DNA of 64,000 bases from Chiloscyllium plagiosum (lineage: Eukaryota). Position 1 is the stretch's first letter. The number at the start of each line of letters is the position of its first letter. This document shows, in pieces, positions 38,811-49,599 of the stretch. The stretch covers positions 87,540,606-87,604,605 of the forward strand of contig NC_057718.1 in assembly GCF_004010195.1 (NCBI RefSeq). Direction: 5' to 3'. A program made the translations under genes and the position numbers. Below the pieces are notes generated by a model. It was given only the letters and a program-made list of their open reading frames with translations. It was not told the origin of the DNA and did not search any database.

Positions 38811-39399
38811 ACAAGATAGTATGTTAAAATATCCCCTATAAAACTGGTGGGTCTGAAATGAAAGTGGTGAATTCCTGGTAAACATCTTAGTTTGCAGCAG
38901 TTCTCACCTGACTTCAGGTTGCTGTGAGGATGGGTGCTAAGAAAAAAAGAAACTCAAAAAGAAACCCATTGAGATGTTGAGTTGAAATTGAAGGAGCTTT
39001 TCATAGAAGTTCAAACAACCAGAGGAAGTGATATTGCTAATAACTGGAGCCCTTCCTGGAACAGAGCCCCTGCTCTGTAGGGGATGATGGGGATCAAAAA
39101 TAAACAATCTTTATGGGGAATACAGCTTTAAAGAGCTATCTAAAGGGGTCAGTTACAGGAATCTTTGGGATTCTGGGTTGTGATGTGAGGGAACGGGAAA
39201 TTCATGGAGGTGTGACTTGCTGATGATCAAAACTCAGGAGTGCGGTGATTGTCAAAGAACAATTGAGTTTCTTTCTGGCGTAGGGAGTGGGAAGATTCTA
39301 CCAAAGAACAAAGAGTGACTTTCAGATTGTCTGTTTAATGCTACATATCCACCAGAGGCATGGAGCTGAATGAAAGCGTTTCAGAAGGCACATTTTAGC

Positions 39400-39585
39400 T
39401 GTGTTACTTAGTTAATATGCAACTTTTGTTTTTAGTTTGTATCTCTTAATGAATGTTTCATTGACATTAAGTTTAGTTTGTTACAGTAAGAAGTTGTGTT
39501 ACTTAGTTAATAACTTTTTGATTTTAGTTTGTATCTGTTTATTAGTGTTTGTTTGACATGAAGTTTACTTTGCTACACTAAAAGG
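39400..39585 (+). repeat. ~95-bp imperfect tandem duplication inside probable LTR sequence (about 38850-39670)
   Basis: tgtgttacttagttaata...tttagtttgtatct...tgacat.aagttta.tttg.taca at 39400 and 39495. Confidence 0.8.
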
Positions 39586-41292
39586 TGAAATGTCCTTTAG
39601 TTACTTCCATTGACACTGTGGGAATTCCAATCTTTGAGAAGGTTTTGGCTTTATCAGGACATCAAAAATTAGGGGGGTTTGCAGAATAGAATACACAGGC
39701 TCTGGAATGGGTGTGCTGGTGTATTCCAGAGCTGCAACACTAGGGGGAGCATTTCTTGCATATGTGCAAATATGTCAGTGACGGACCTGCGAATGTTTAA
39801 AATGAAAGATGTCTTTAAATGCTATTTTCGTTTACATATCTTCAGTGGTCAATTTTTGTTGATTAAAATGGACTTTATTTTGGAGCCTTTTTCATGATGG
39901 AGAGTTTTGTTTGAAGTAAAGCCTGGCAGATTTGTGAATTAGAAGTCAGTTTTTCAATGTTATTCCAGTACAGAACACGAGGTACCTGGAAATGGCAGAC
40001 ATTTTCCCCCTTGCATCTAATTAAAAGTTGATGAATTTTTTTTTGTAATAAATTCATAAAATGTCAAAACACAAAACCAACACCCAGTCTGGAGCTTGTA
40101 ACCGTGCCCTTGAGATTAAGAGTCTGGTTATCTGTCAAATGAGCAAATAGGATATTTCAGTGCTTATCCAACTTGTTCAAATAAAACTGGAAGAGTGACA
40201 CTGAATCTAAAGGCACCATCTCAAGTGACCCTTCATAAGTATGTCAAAATCACGCACTCCTGTCGCCTGCCAACTGGAAATTCAGCAGAAATGGTGGCAT
40301 TTGTACTGGCAGCTGCTGCATGGGCCAAGTGCACATGTGCAACTGTTTCTGATGCCTTCAGAGTAGGGGTAGGATTACAGTGCTTAAGTAAACAATATTT
40401 CACATTTAACTTTGCTATATTAAGTGGAAAATTAACATGGCTACTTATAATGCTCAGATATTTTAGGGAAGAGCGGACTTGCGTTCTAGTGCAATAGAAA
40501 TGATAACAGGATAATTTTTGAAGGCTATGGCAAAAGCAGTAAGGGATAGCTGGCAAAAGTAGCCAGTATGACTGAGATTGCTGAAGGATTGACCCAGCAG
40601 CTAAACCTTGAGGTGAAATAAGATGACCACCAATTGCACTCGGATTAAGTTGGCCAGACCTCAATGACCAATTAAACTGCTTGAATTGGAAAACCAAGCA
40701 AGTAAAGGAAATGCATAAATTTCAAAGAGGAAAGTCAGCAAGAAAATTCAAAACATGAAGAGACTTAAATTATGCAAACGTTGGCTGATGGTAAAACTTG
40801 GAGAACATTCAATTAACTGCTTGATTTGATTTGGTAAGGAATATTCACTTCTCAAGAAAGGAGTTGACATGCACTGGACTTTATATGATTTGGAGAAATT
40901 GTCACAAAGTTGTTGTGACCTAAAGAAAATTGGACATTCTCATGCAAAATGGATTCACAGAGAAAGATTTGGAGATAGACTTTTCTTTAGACAAACAGCC
41001 TGATGGCTATGATATGATGAAAACTGATGTTTTTAATACCTGAGTTAGAGCCAGAGGCTAACAGATGGAAATATTAAAAGAAAACAATGCCACAATTCTA
41101 CAGAATTTGCCACAGAAATTGAGATAGTATTTGATGGGTATATAGGTCGATGAAGTTTGAACAAGGGTGTTTCTGATGGGGAAAAAAAAGTTAAACTCAT
41201 GTCTTTGGGAAAAGATCCCATGTGGAAGACCATGAGGTTCCTCAGACACGGTGCTGCAGTAACGGCAGATGACTAACAGGTTTCAGGTACTT

Positions 41293-41562
41293 ACACAAAT
41301 AAAAACAAAAATTGATAGAGAAGCTCAGCAAGTCTGGCTGCATCTGTAGAAAGAAAGCTAAGTTTTGGGTCCAATGACCCTTCAGAACCATTCTGACATA
41401 GTTGACACTGAATAGGTTGAATGAATTTAAGTTCTGAAGAAGGATTACCGGACCCAAAAAGTTAGCTCTACTTTCTTTCCACAGCCGCTGCCAGATCTGC
41501 TGAATGTTTTCAGCAGTTTTTGTTTGTGATTTCCAGCATCTGCAGTTCTTTTTATTTTGTTG
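41293..41562. mobile_element. Palindromic Penelope-derived mini element with two opposed hammerhead motifs
   Basis: Inverted arms; 11-bp TSD ttcaggtactt at 41282 and 41563. Plus strand GUU-CUGAAGA-AGGAUU-ACCG-GACCC-AAAA at about 41431-41460. Confidence 0.85.
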
Positions 41563-41573
41563 TTCAGGTACTT

Positions 41574-44500
41574 TCAGCTTGTTTGGATAAGCATGAGAAT
41601 GAATGAGCTAGCTGACCATGGCACTGTGGTACAGGAATCTATTCAAGAAGCAGGAGCACAAAACAATATAGTGATAGTAGTAGGTAGCACAATGAGGGGG
41701 ACGAGTGCAGTTTTCTGCAGCAAAGGCTGAGAGTGCCAGGAAGACTGTGTTGTCTGCTTGGTACAAGGGTTTGGAACATTTTCTCAGGATAAACTTGCAA
41801 TGAAAGGGGAAGGATCCAATTATTGTGATCCATGTGGGTACAGTGACATAGGCAGGACAAGGAAAGACTTACATCTAGGCAGTAATAGGAGCTACGCACC
41901 AAATTGAAAAGCAGAACCTCAAAAGCAATAACCTCTTGATTATTACCTAAGCCACAAGTGAATTGGCATCGGGCATGTAATACTAGAGAAATGAATGTAT
42001 GGTTCAAAGATTGTTGTGGGAGAAATGAGTTCTGATTTGGAGAAGACTGGGGAAATTGAATCTGTACCATTGGAAATGTTTATACCTGAGCTGTACTGGG
42101 TGGTACTCCAGTGAGGTGCATAACTAGGGAACTAGAGACAGTTTTCCACTCAATACTAGGCGTGAGGAATCAAACTTGGTAAGGTAAGGTGTGATAAATC
42201 AAGTGTATAGACAAGGCAGCAGGTAAAGATATTAATATGGGGAATGATAAACAGACCGTGACAGGAAGCAATACAGAGTGAAGGTCTCAAAGTAAATCAA
42301 CAGATAACACAAGAGGTTACAAAAATAATGAAAGGACAACAATAAAGGCTTTGTATCTGAATGCATAGCATTAAGGACAAAATAGAGAATCTGATAGCAT
42401 AGATAGAAATACATAAGTCAAACCCCATAGATATTAGAGTCATTGTTGCAGGTCGAAGTTCAATGGGACCTGCATATTGAAGGATATAAAACATCTTGAA
42501 AAGGCAGGTAGCTAGAAAAAGTTGGAGGTGATTCTCTTAATTAATCATGGTGTAAGTACAATAGAGAGGCTTAACCTAAGTTTAGGAGGGGCAGCTAGGG
42601 TGAAAATGAGAAATGATAAAGGCATAAATTTTTGTTGGAGTGGTTTCCAGGTCCCTTAACAATAACCACACAGTTGGATGAAATATGAAACAACAAATAA
42701 TTGGAAACTTTTCAGAAAAGAATGGCAATAATCATGGAGATTTAAATATACAAAGAGCTGGTAAAAGCAAATCAGTAAAGATATCTTCACTGAGGAATTC
42801 ATGGAATTTTTTTTGGATAATCTCTTAGAATAGCAACTGACTCGAGAGTGGACTATTCTAGTCCTGGTATTGTGCAATGAGTTAGGATTGCTTAGTAACC
42901 TCGGTGAAGGTGTCCCTTGGTTGCAGTGACCAAGGTATGATTGAACTTTACATCTAGTTTGAGGCAGAGAGAATTGGATCCAAGACGAGTACTCAAACTT
43001 AATTATGAGAATTAAGGTTAATTATGAGAACATGAAAGTGAAGCTGACTGAATTGAACTTGAAAATAAGCTTAAGGAATAAGTCATTAGAGATACAGTGG
43101 CAGACATTTTAAGGGGATTTTTCAGAAAACACAGAATAGATATATTAATTAAGAAAGAAAAGTTTCAAGTGTTGGACCCACCATCTATGGGTTAAAAAGG
43201 TTAACAATAGCATCAAACTTAAAGCATATAATTGTGCAATGATGACTGGCAGGTCAGAAGAGTAGACAAAACATAACAGCAAAAATTGATTAGAAGATTA
43301 ATAAGGAAGGAAAAATAGAGTATGAGAGAAAGTAAGGTCAAGATATTGAATTAGTAGCAAACATTTCGATAGATATTTACAAAGGAAAAGAGTTAATCGC
43401 ATGAATATTGGTCCTGTAAAAAGTGGATAAAAGGAAATTGCACATGAATTGAACAGATATTTTGCATTGGTCTTCATTGAAGAGAACATAAGGAACATTG
43501 CCAAAATAGATGTAAATCAGGAAATTGAAGAAACAGAGTAAGTCAAGAAAATTGTGATCACCAGAGAAGTGGTACTGACCAACTTGTTGGAAATGTGGCC
43601 TGATAAATCCCCAGTCCCTGACTGACTTCATCCTTGAGTCTTAAAAGAGGTGACCAGTGAAATAGCTGATGCATTGTTTTAATTTTCCAAGGATCCCTCT
43701 ATTTGGGGAAGGTCCAATCATGTTGGGGGGAAAAAGCAAATGTACCTCCTTTATTCAAAAAGTGAAGAAGGTGAAAAGCAGCAAACTACAGCTCAAAATC
43801 TGTCACAGGGAAGATGTTAGAAGCTATTATAAAGAAATTATAGTCGGGCAGTTAGAAAATGTCAAGGTAATCGCCCAGAGTCAACATAGTTATCTGAAAG
43901 AGAAATCATGGTTAATCAATTTATTGGAGTTCTTTGGAGCAAAGAAGGTGTAGCCAGTGAATGTACCATACCTGGATTTCCAAAGGCATTTGATAAGGTG
44001 ACATAATTGAAGAATTTTGAAGAGGTGAAGTCAGTCAGGCTGTTGCACCCTTTCAAAGAAGCTCGCTTGACGTGTCAAAGTTCCATACAGAGCACTTACT
44101 TCAGGACCCTCATGTCAGATGTGGATGATGCAGCTGACCAATGTAGCTGATTGAGTCCAGTCACTGTTTCATGTTGGGGCATGTGTCTAAGCAAGTACAT
44201 TAACATTGATGTGCCAGTCCTGCTGTGGATTTAAGGGATCTTAGAGGCAATTGCTCTCCAGGGTTTTGAGGTGCCTGCTGTACACAATCTATATCTCTGA
44301 GCCATCTATGAGGGGAAGGGTGTTTCATTACTGCATAGTAGACTTGGTGCTGTGTTTACATTCCTGGTCTTCAACCACTCTTCCTTAAGTGATTGAGAGC
44401 TGGCACACTGAAGGTGATTTTGATCTTTAATGCTTGCACTTCTTGATAGTAGAATTTCAGGATAGGAAAAGTTGGCAGAAAATATACAGGAAATTGGTGG

Positions 44501-44945
44501 GGCCATATCTAAAGTACTGGGTACAGTATTGGCTTTATTTAATGAAGGATATAAATACATTGGAAGCAATTCAGAGAATGTTTACTAGACCAACAGGTAA
44601 GGTAGGTCACCTTATAAGAAAAAATTGGTCAGGCTCAGCTTGTAGTTGCCAGCACTTGGAAGGTTGAAAGGTGACTTATTTGAAACGGAAGATCTGAAGG
44701 TCACTTTAAAATAAGATGGCACCCATTTAAGACAGAAGTTTTTTTTTTAACTCATGGATGGTGATGAGTTTTGGAACTCTTCAAAAGGCAGTAGAAACAG
44801 AGTCTGAATATTATTAAGCCAGAGATAGATACATCCTTGAAAGTATGATAGACAGGACTGTGGAGTGTCCAATCAGCCATGATCTTATTAAACAGTGGAG
44901 CTGGGTCGCAAAATCGGGTAACTGATGCCAGCTCTTAATTCATAT
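41574..44945 (+). mobile_element. Old near-full-length CR1 LINE (esterase ORF1 + ORF2, internally disrupted at about 44010-44400)
   Basis: CCLLGTRV and IVIHVGTVT.G (SGNH esterase); ALYLNAHSI, IIMEI, YFALVFIEE, KSWLINLLEFF, YRKLVGPYLKYWVQYW; 3'UTR near 44870-44945. Confidence 0.8.
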
Positions 44946-45488
44946 GTTGTCTATGAAGTATCTCCCAAGCATGTTAGTAACAGGCCTTTGTTTGAAAACT
45001 CACAGAAAAACTGAAGAGATAAGAGGGATGGTAAGACAAAATCTGGTCACAGTGAAGAGGATGGCCAGGGTGAAGAAACAGGGACTCCTAGGAGTAGTAA
45101 GAGAGAAAGTCCAGAAGGTAGGCATGATTCAAGGGGCTGACTTGATGACTTTGCCTTTGAATAGGACATGTGAAGGCTGAATGTTGGAATTTGGAAAGGA
45201 AAACTGTGCAGAAAACTCTTCCAGAAAATATTGTCCCAGTGAATAAAACGTGGAACACGTGGGTAAGTTCCCTTGTGTCTATGATGGGGCCAGGATGCAA
45301 GAAATTCTGGAAGTTTTCTGTATGAAGGTAAAGCATTCTCTTGTTTGATGAAATGGGCAAGACTCTTGTTAGATATGGGATCAGCAGAGTCGTTGATGTC
45401 GGGAAGCAATCTGAATTTCTCTCCAGAAAGTTATGTAAGTGAAAAGATAATGATTTCAGTGTATTACTCAATCATTTCTAAAATTGAT

Positions 45489-45794
45489 TTAGATTAGATT
45501 CCCCACAGTATGGAAACAGGCCCTTTGGCCCAACAAGCCCACACTGACCCTCCAAAGAGTAACCCACCCAGACCCATTCCCCTACCCTATATTTACCCCT
45601 GACTATGGGCAATTTAGCAGGGCCAATTCACCTAACCTGCACATCTTTTGATTGTGGGAGGAAACCGAAGCAAACCCACGCAGACACTGAGAGAATGTGC
45701 AAACTCTACACAGACAGTCACCTGAGGCAGGAATCGAACCCAGGTCCCTGGCGCTGTGAGGCAGCAGTGCTAACCACTGAGCCACCATGCCACC
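45489..45794 (-). mobile_element. HE1-like V-SINE
   Basis: (TTAGA)n tail, V-domain and head in reverse complement. Confidence 0.9.
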
Positions 45795-45809
45795 CCAATT
45801 TAAAATTCC

Positions 45810-47290
45810 CTTAATCACTGGCCCTGTAGATGAGAACAGAAATATGCCATTTTGTCCATCAAAGTCTGCTCTGCCACTCAATTATATCACAGATGATCAT
45901 CCATACCATGTCCCTTCTCACATTATCTCCTTATTTCTTCATGCATTAGTCTGCAGAAATCTATTGATTTCTATTTCAAACACACTATGAAATGAGCCAC
46001 AATAGCCCTCTAGGATAGAGAATTCCAAATATTTTCTACCCTGTGTATGATGAACTTCCTTTTCACTTCAGTTTTTAATGGCCTACTCTAATCTTGAGAG
46101 TATGTCCCCTGGGTTGAAATTCAACAGCTAATTTGATTATCTGACCTAAATCCACCCTTTCATGTTCTGTAAAAACTTTAAGTTTTAATGGGATCACCTC
46201 TTCCCCCCACTCCCCCGGCACACGTACTGTTCAGACCTCTAAGGTATGCATACCAATTTCCCCTCATGAATCTGGTGAATCTCGTTTGCACTTCCTGAAT
46301 GACAAGATTAACTCCCCTTAGATAAGGTGACCAAAACTCTCTACTAAATTCCACAGCTCTATGCAGCCATAACACAATATCTTTATCACTGTTCATAATT
46401 CACCTTGCAATGAAGGCCAACCTATTTGGAATTTTTCTTCCTAATTACTTTCTGTATCTGTATGTTTTTATTGACTCTTGAAAAAGACCATCCAGGTCCC
46501 TTTGGATATCTGTACTTCCCAAATACACTCCATATGTTGCAGCTGTACAGGACATTGGTTAGACCACTGTTGGAATATTGCGTGCAATTCTGGTCACCTT
46601 CCTATTGGAAAGATGTTGTGAAACTTGAAAGGGTTCAAAAAGATTTACAAGGATGTTGCCAGGGTTGGAGGATTTGAGCTATAGGGAGAGGCTGAGCAGG
46701 CTGGGGCTGTTTTCCCTGGAATGTCGGAGGCTGAGGGGTGACCTTATAGAGGTTTATAAAATTATGAGGGGCATGGATAGAGTAAATAGACAATGCCTTT
46801 TCCCTGGGGTGGGGGAGTCCAGATCTCGAGGGCATAGGTTTAGGGTGAGAGGGGAAAGATATAAAAGAGACCTAAGTGGCAACTTTTTCATGCAGAGGGT
46901 GGTGTGTGCATGGAATGAGCTGCCAGAGGAAGTGATGGAGGCTGGTACAATTGCAACATTTAAGAGACATTTCGATGGTTATATGAAAAGGAAGGGTTTG
47001 GAGGGATATGGTCCAGTGCTGACAGGTGGGACTAGATTGAGTTGGAATATCTGGTCGGCATGGACGGGTTGGACCGAAGGGTCTGTTTCTGTGCTGTACA
47101 TCTCTATGACTCTATATGAGAAAAATGCTTTCTGTTTATTCTACCCAGGAACAAGTTCACATTAAATGACATCTGCCATGTTCTAGTCCACTCACTGATC
47201 TTGTCCAAGTTCTCTTGAAGCCTCCTTGCCTATTGCTCAAAGGTTACCTTCATACCCAGTTTGGTAATATCAGCAAATTTGATCCTCAAA
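45810..47290 (-). mobile_element. Old CR1 3' part interrupted by a younger plus-strand CR1 3' end
   Basis: Minus remnant FWSPYLRGVNLVIQEVQTRFTRFM; the element resumes at 47116. Confidence 0.65.
46533..47115 (+). mobile_element. Young CR1 3' fragment
   Basis: MLQLYRTLVRPLLEYCVQFWSP / MLPGLEDLSYRERLSRLGLFSLE.RRLRGDLIEVYKIMRG..., nearly intact. Confidence 0.92.
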
Positions 47291-48641
47291 TCCAAGCACG
47301 GTAGCCGATCCTAACATGCTTCTTAAAGGTTGAGAGTAAGATATAGCCATCTTGAGAAAGCTCACTGAGGCTGCTAAGACTGAAGTTTCATGCAAAAGAT
47401 GAGTGGCTTAAAAGAATTAATTGCTTTCCATAAATCAATTTTGTGACTAAAGATGTGCCCAAACAGTGAGAAACTTAGTTTAAAAAAAACAATGGAACAT
47501 CAGACTAAAGAGGGAACATTAACGCAGTTGGAAAATCTTCGTAATTGCTTGAATTAAAAATATTGTATATGTTGTTGATAAAGGTGAATCACTGGATGCA
47601 CTATAGTTAGGTGTCACATAAAAAGATTTTATGGAAAATAAATGCTCATGATGTAGCAGGTAGCAGACTGGCATGGAGTGGCTGGTTAACAGGAAGTAGA
47701 GTAGGCATAAGACTGTCACTTTCTGGTTGAGTGTATCACAGAGATCAGTGCTGGACATAAGCAAGATGAAGCAAAACAATAGCAGTAGTACTCTATGCGG
47801 ATAATAAAAGGGTGACGGAAAAGACCTTCTGCAAAGCCTCATTAAAAATAATTGCCTTGGAGTATAAATGGAGACTATCTCCAAGCATCAAGACAGTCAC
47901 CTGGATACTCAACTGGGAGATAAACCATTAGATGTATTCAATGGGACTCTGGTTATGAAAGGAAATTGCTTAGATGTAATCTAATCACGTAAGCCATGCA
48001 ATAGGAATCCACTAGCCCTAACCACACTTGGACCACTTAGCAGTTGGAGAAAGAAGGTCATGTTACAAACCAATTACCACTTGTGTGTTTAACCACCTGT
48101 TTTCTCCACAGACTATCATAAGTAAATGAGATGCTGAAGAAGCAAGATGCTGAGTGAATGCAGTCTCTCTCTCCACTCAACTTGCACATTTCAAATCCTG
48201 TTTGTTAATTTTGACTTGGATTTCTTTCCTTTTGAAGAGTTGTTGGTCTCTATGGGAATTATAACATTTGGACCATCATTCATGTACAGTCTGTCAAAGC
48301 TAACTACTATTTAGGTCACATCTCTTCTCTTCCCAATAGTCCTTCACCTTTTCCCCTTTATAGTATTATCTAATTTCCTTTAGAAAGTTATTATTGAATC
48401 TCTTGCAAACTCCACTTTCAGAAAGTGGTTTCCAGATCATAATTTTGTTTGATGAAAATACATTCCATATCTCCACATGGTTTTTCTTGCCAATGATCTT
48501 AATTCACACATACACTCCCACACTCGCACGCACACGCACCCTCTCACAGACTTATACACCTCTACATTCACACACTCACAAATACACACACTCACAGACA
48601 CTCAAAACCACCATGCCAGCCCCCACACCCCCCCCCATTAT

Positions 48642-48848
48642 GGGCGGCACAGTGGTTAGCACTGCTGCCTCACAGCGCTGGAGACCTGGGTTCAATTCCC
48701 GCTTCAAGCGACTGACTGTGTGGAGTTTGCACGTTCTCCCTGTGTCTGCGTGGGCTTCCTCCGGGTGCTCCGGTTTCCTCCCAGACTTGTTGGGCCGAAG
48801 GGCCTGTTTCCACACTGTAATGTAATCTAAAAAAAAATCTAATCTAAT
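48642..48848 (+). mobile_element. HE1-like V-SINE with an internal deletion
   Basis: Head and V-domain join directly to the tail (ggtttcctccc|agacttgttgggccgaaggg). Confidence 0.88.
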
Positions 48849-49067
48849 TATCTGGGCTGACATGACACTAATTGTTAAAGTTCACTTGAGAATGTAACTT
48901 TAAAAAAGTTCTGCGATTTACATATGAAAGAACTGAAACCAACATGTTCATTCTAAAAGATGAGAGACTTCACAAACAATCCAGGTCACTTTCAATATAT
49001 AATTTCAGCTACTTCACACTAAACTTCTGCTATAAATTCTATGTCTTACGATCTTATACTCCACAAC

Positions 49068-49102
49068 GACCTGATGAAGGAGCAACATTCTGAAAGCTAG
49101 TG
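49068..49102 (+). ncRNA. Minimal hammerhead ribozyme motif, catalytic core intact
   Basis: GAC-CUGAUGA-A-GGAGC-AAC-AUUCU-GAAA-GCUA-GUG. Palindromic AGCU stem III, predicted cleavage after CUA (49099), stem II weakened. Confidence 0.7.
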
Positions 49103-49393
49103 CTTCCAATTAAACCTGTTGGGCTATCATCTGGTGTTGTGTGATTTTTAACTTTGTACACCCCAGTCCAACGCTGGCATCTTCAAATCGATCTTAAATG
49201 GGGTTACTGACCCTTCTGTGATGGAGAAAGTTTTGAAAGCCTTGATCATTTGATATTTTTTGTTTCTTTCTGGAGAAAAGTTTCAGATGCTTCAGTCACT
49301 TAGAATCATATGTATACCTCCAGTGCAGAAAGAGGCCATTTGGACCTTCAAGTCTGCACTGCCTCTCTGAAGTAGGGACTTGGCCTAATCAAG

Positions 49394-49572
49394 AGGGTGA
49401 CACTGGCTCAGTGGTTAACACTGCTGCCTCACAGCACCAGGATCCTGGTTCAATTCCAGCATCGGGTGACTGTGTGTGTGGAGTTTGCATGTTCACCCAG
49501 TGTCTGCATGGATTTCCACTGGGTGCTCCAGTTTCCTCATACAATCCAAAAATGCGCAGGTTAGATAGATTG
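49394..49572 (+). mobile_element. HE1-like V-SINE (3'-truncated)
   Basis: Head and V-domain present, tail absent. Confidence 0.8.
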
Positions 49573-49599
49573 GGGTAATGTAGCATGGCCATAGAGTCC

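Larger units (their letters stand above)
40450..45480 (+). mobile_element. Decayed Gypsy (Gmr1-like) gag-protease, split by an insertion at 41276-44950
   Basis: Left half: LEKLSQ...PKENWT...GYDMMK...ELEPEA...AAVTADD. Right half: YEVSPK...IGHVKAECWNL (zinc knuckle) ...FLYEGK...LDMGSAESLM (decayed DTG protease motif). Confidence 0.75.
48505..49190 (+). mobile_element. Penelope-type terminal repeat element (CA-rich start) with a nested SINE at 48642-48848
   Basis: Contains a hammerhead core followed by aattaaacctgttgggctatcatctggtgttgtgtgattttt. Confidence 0.6.

Noticed and set aside
40195..40697. 100-aa and 154-aa ORFs as host genes
   Set aside because: They overlap the leader and gag start of the decayed Gypsy element, in off-frames or antisense.
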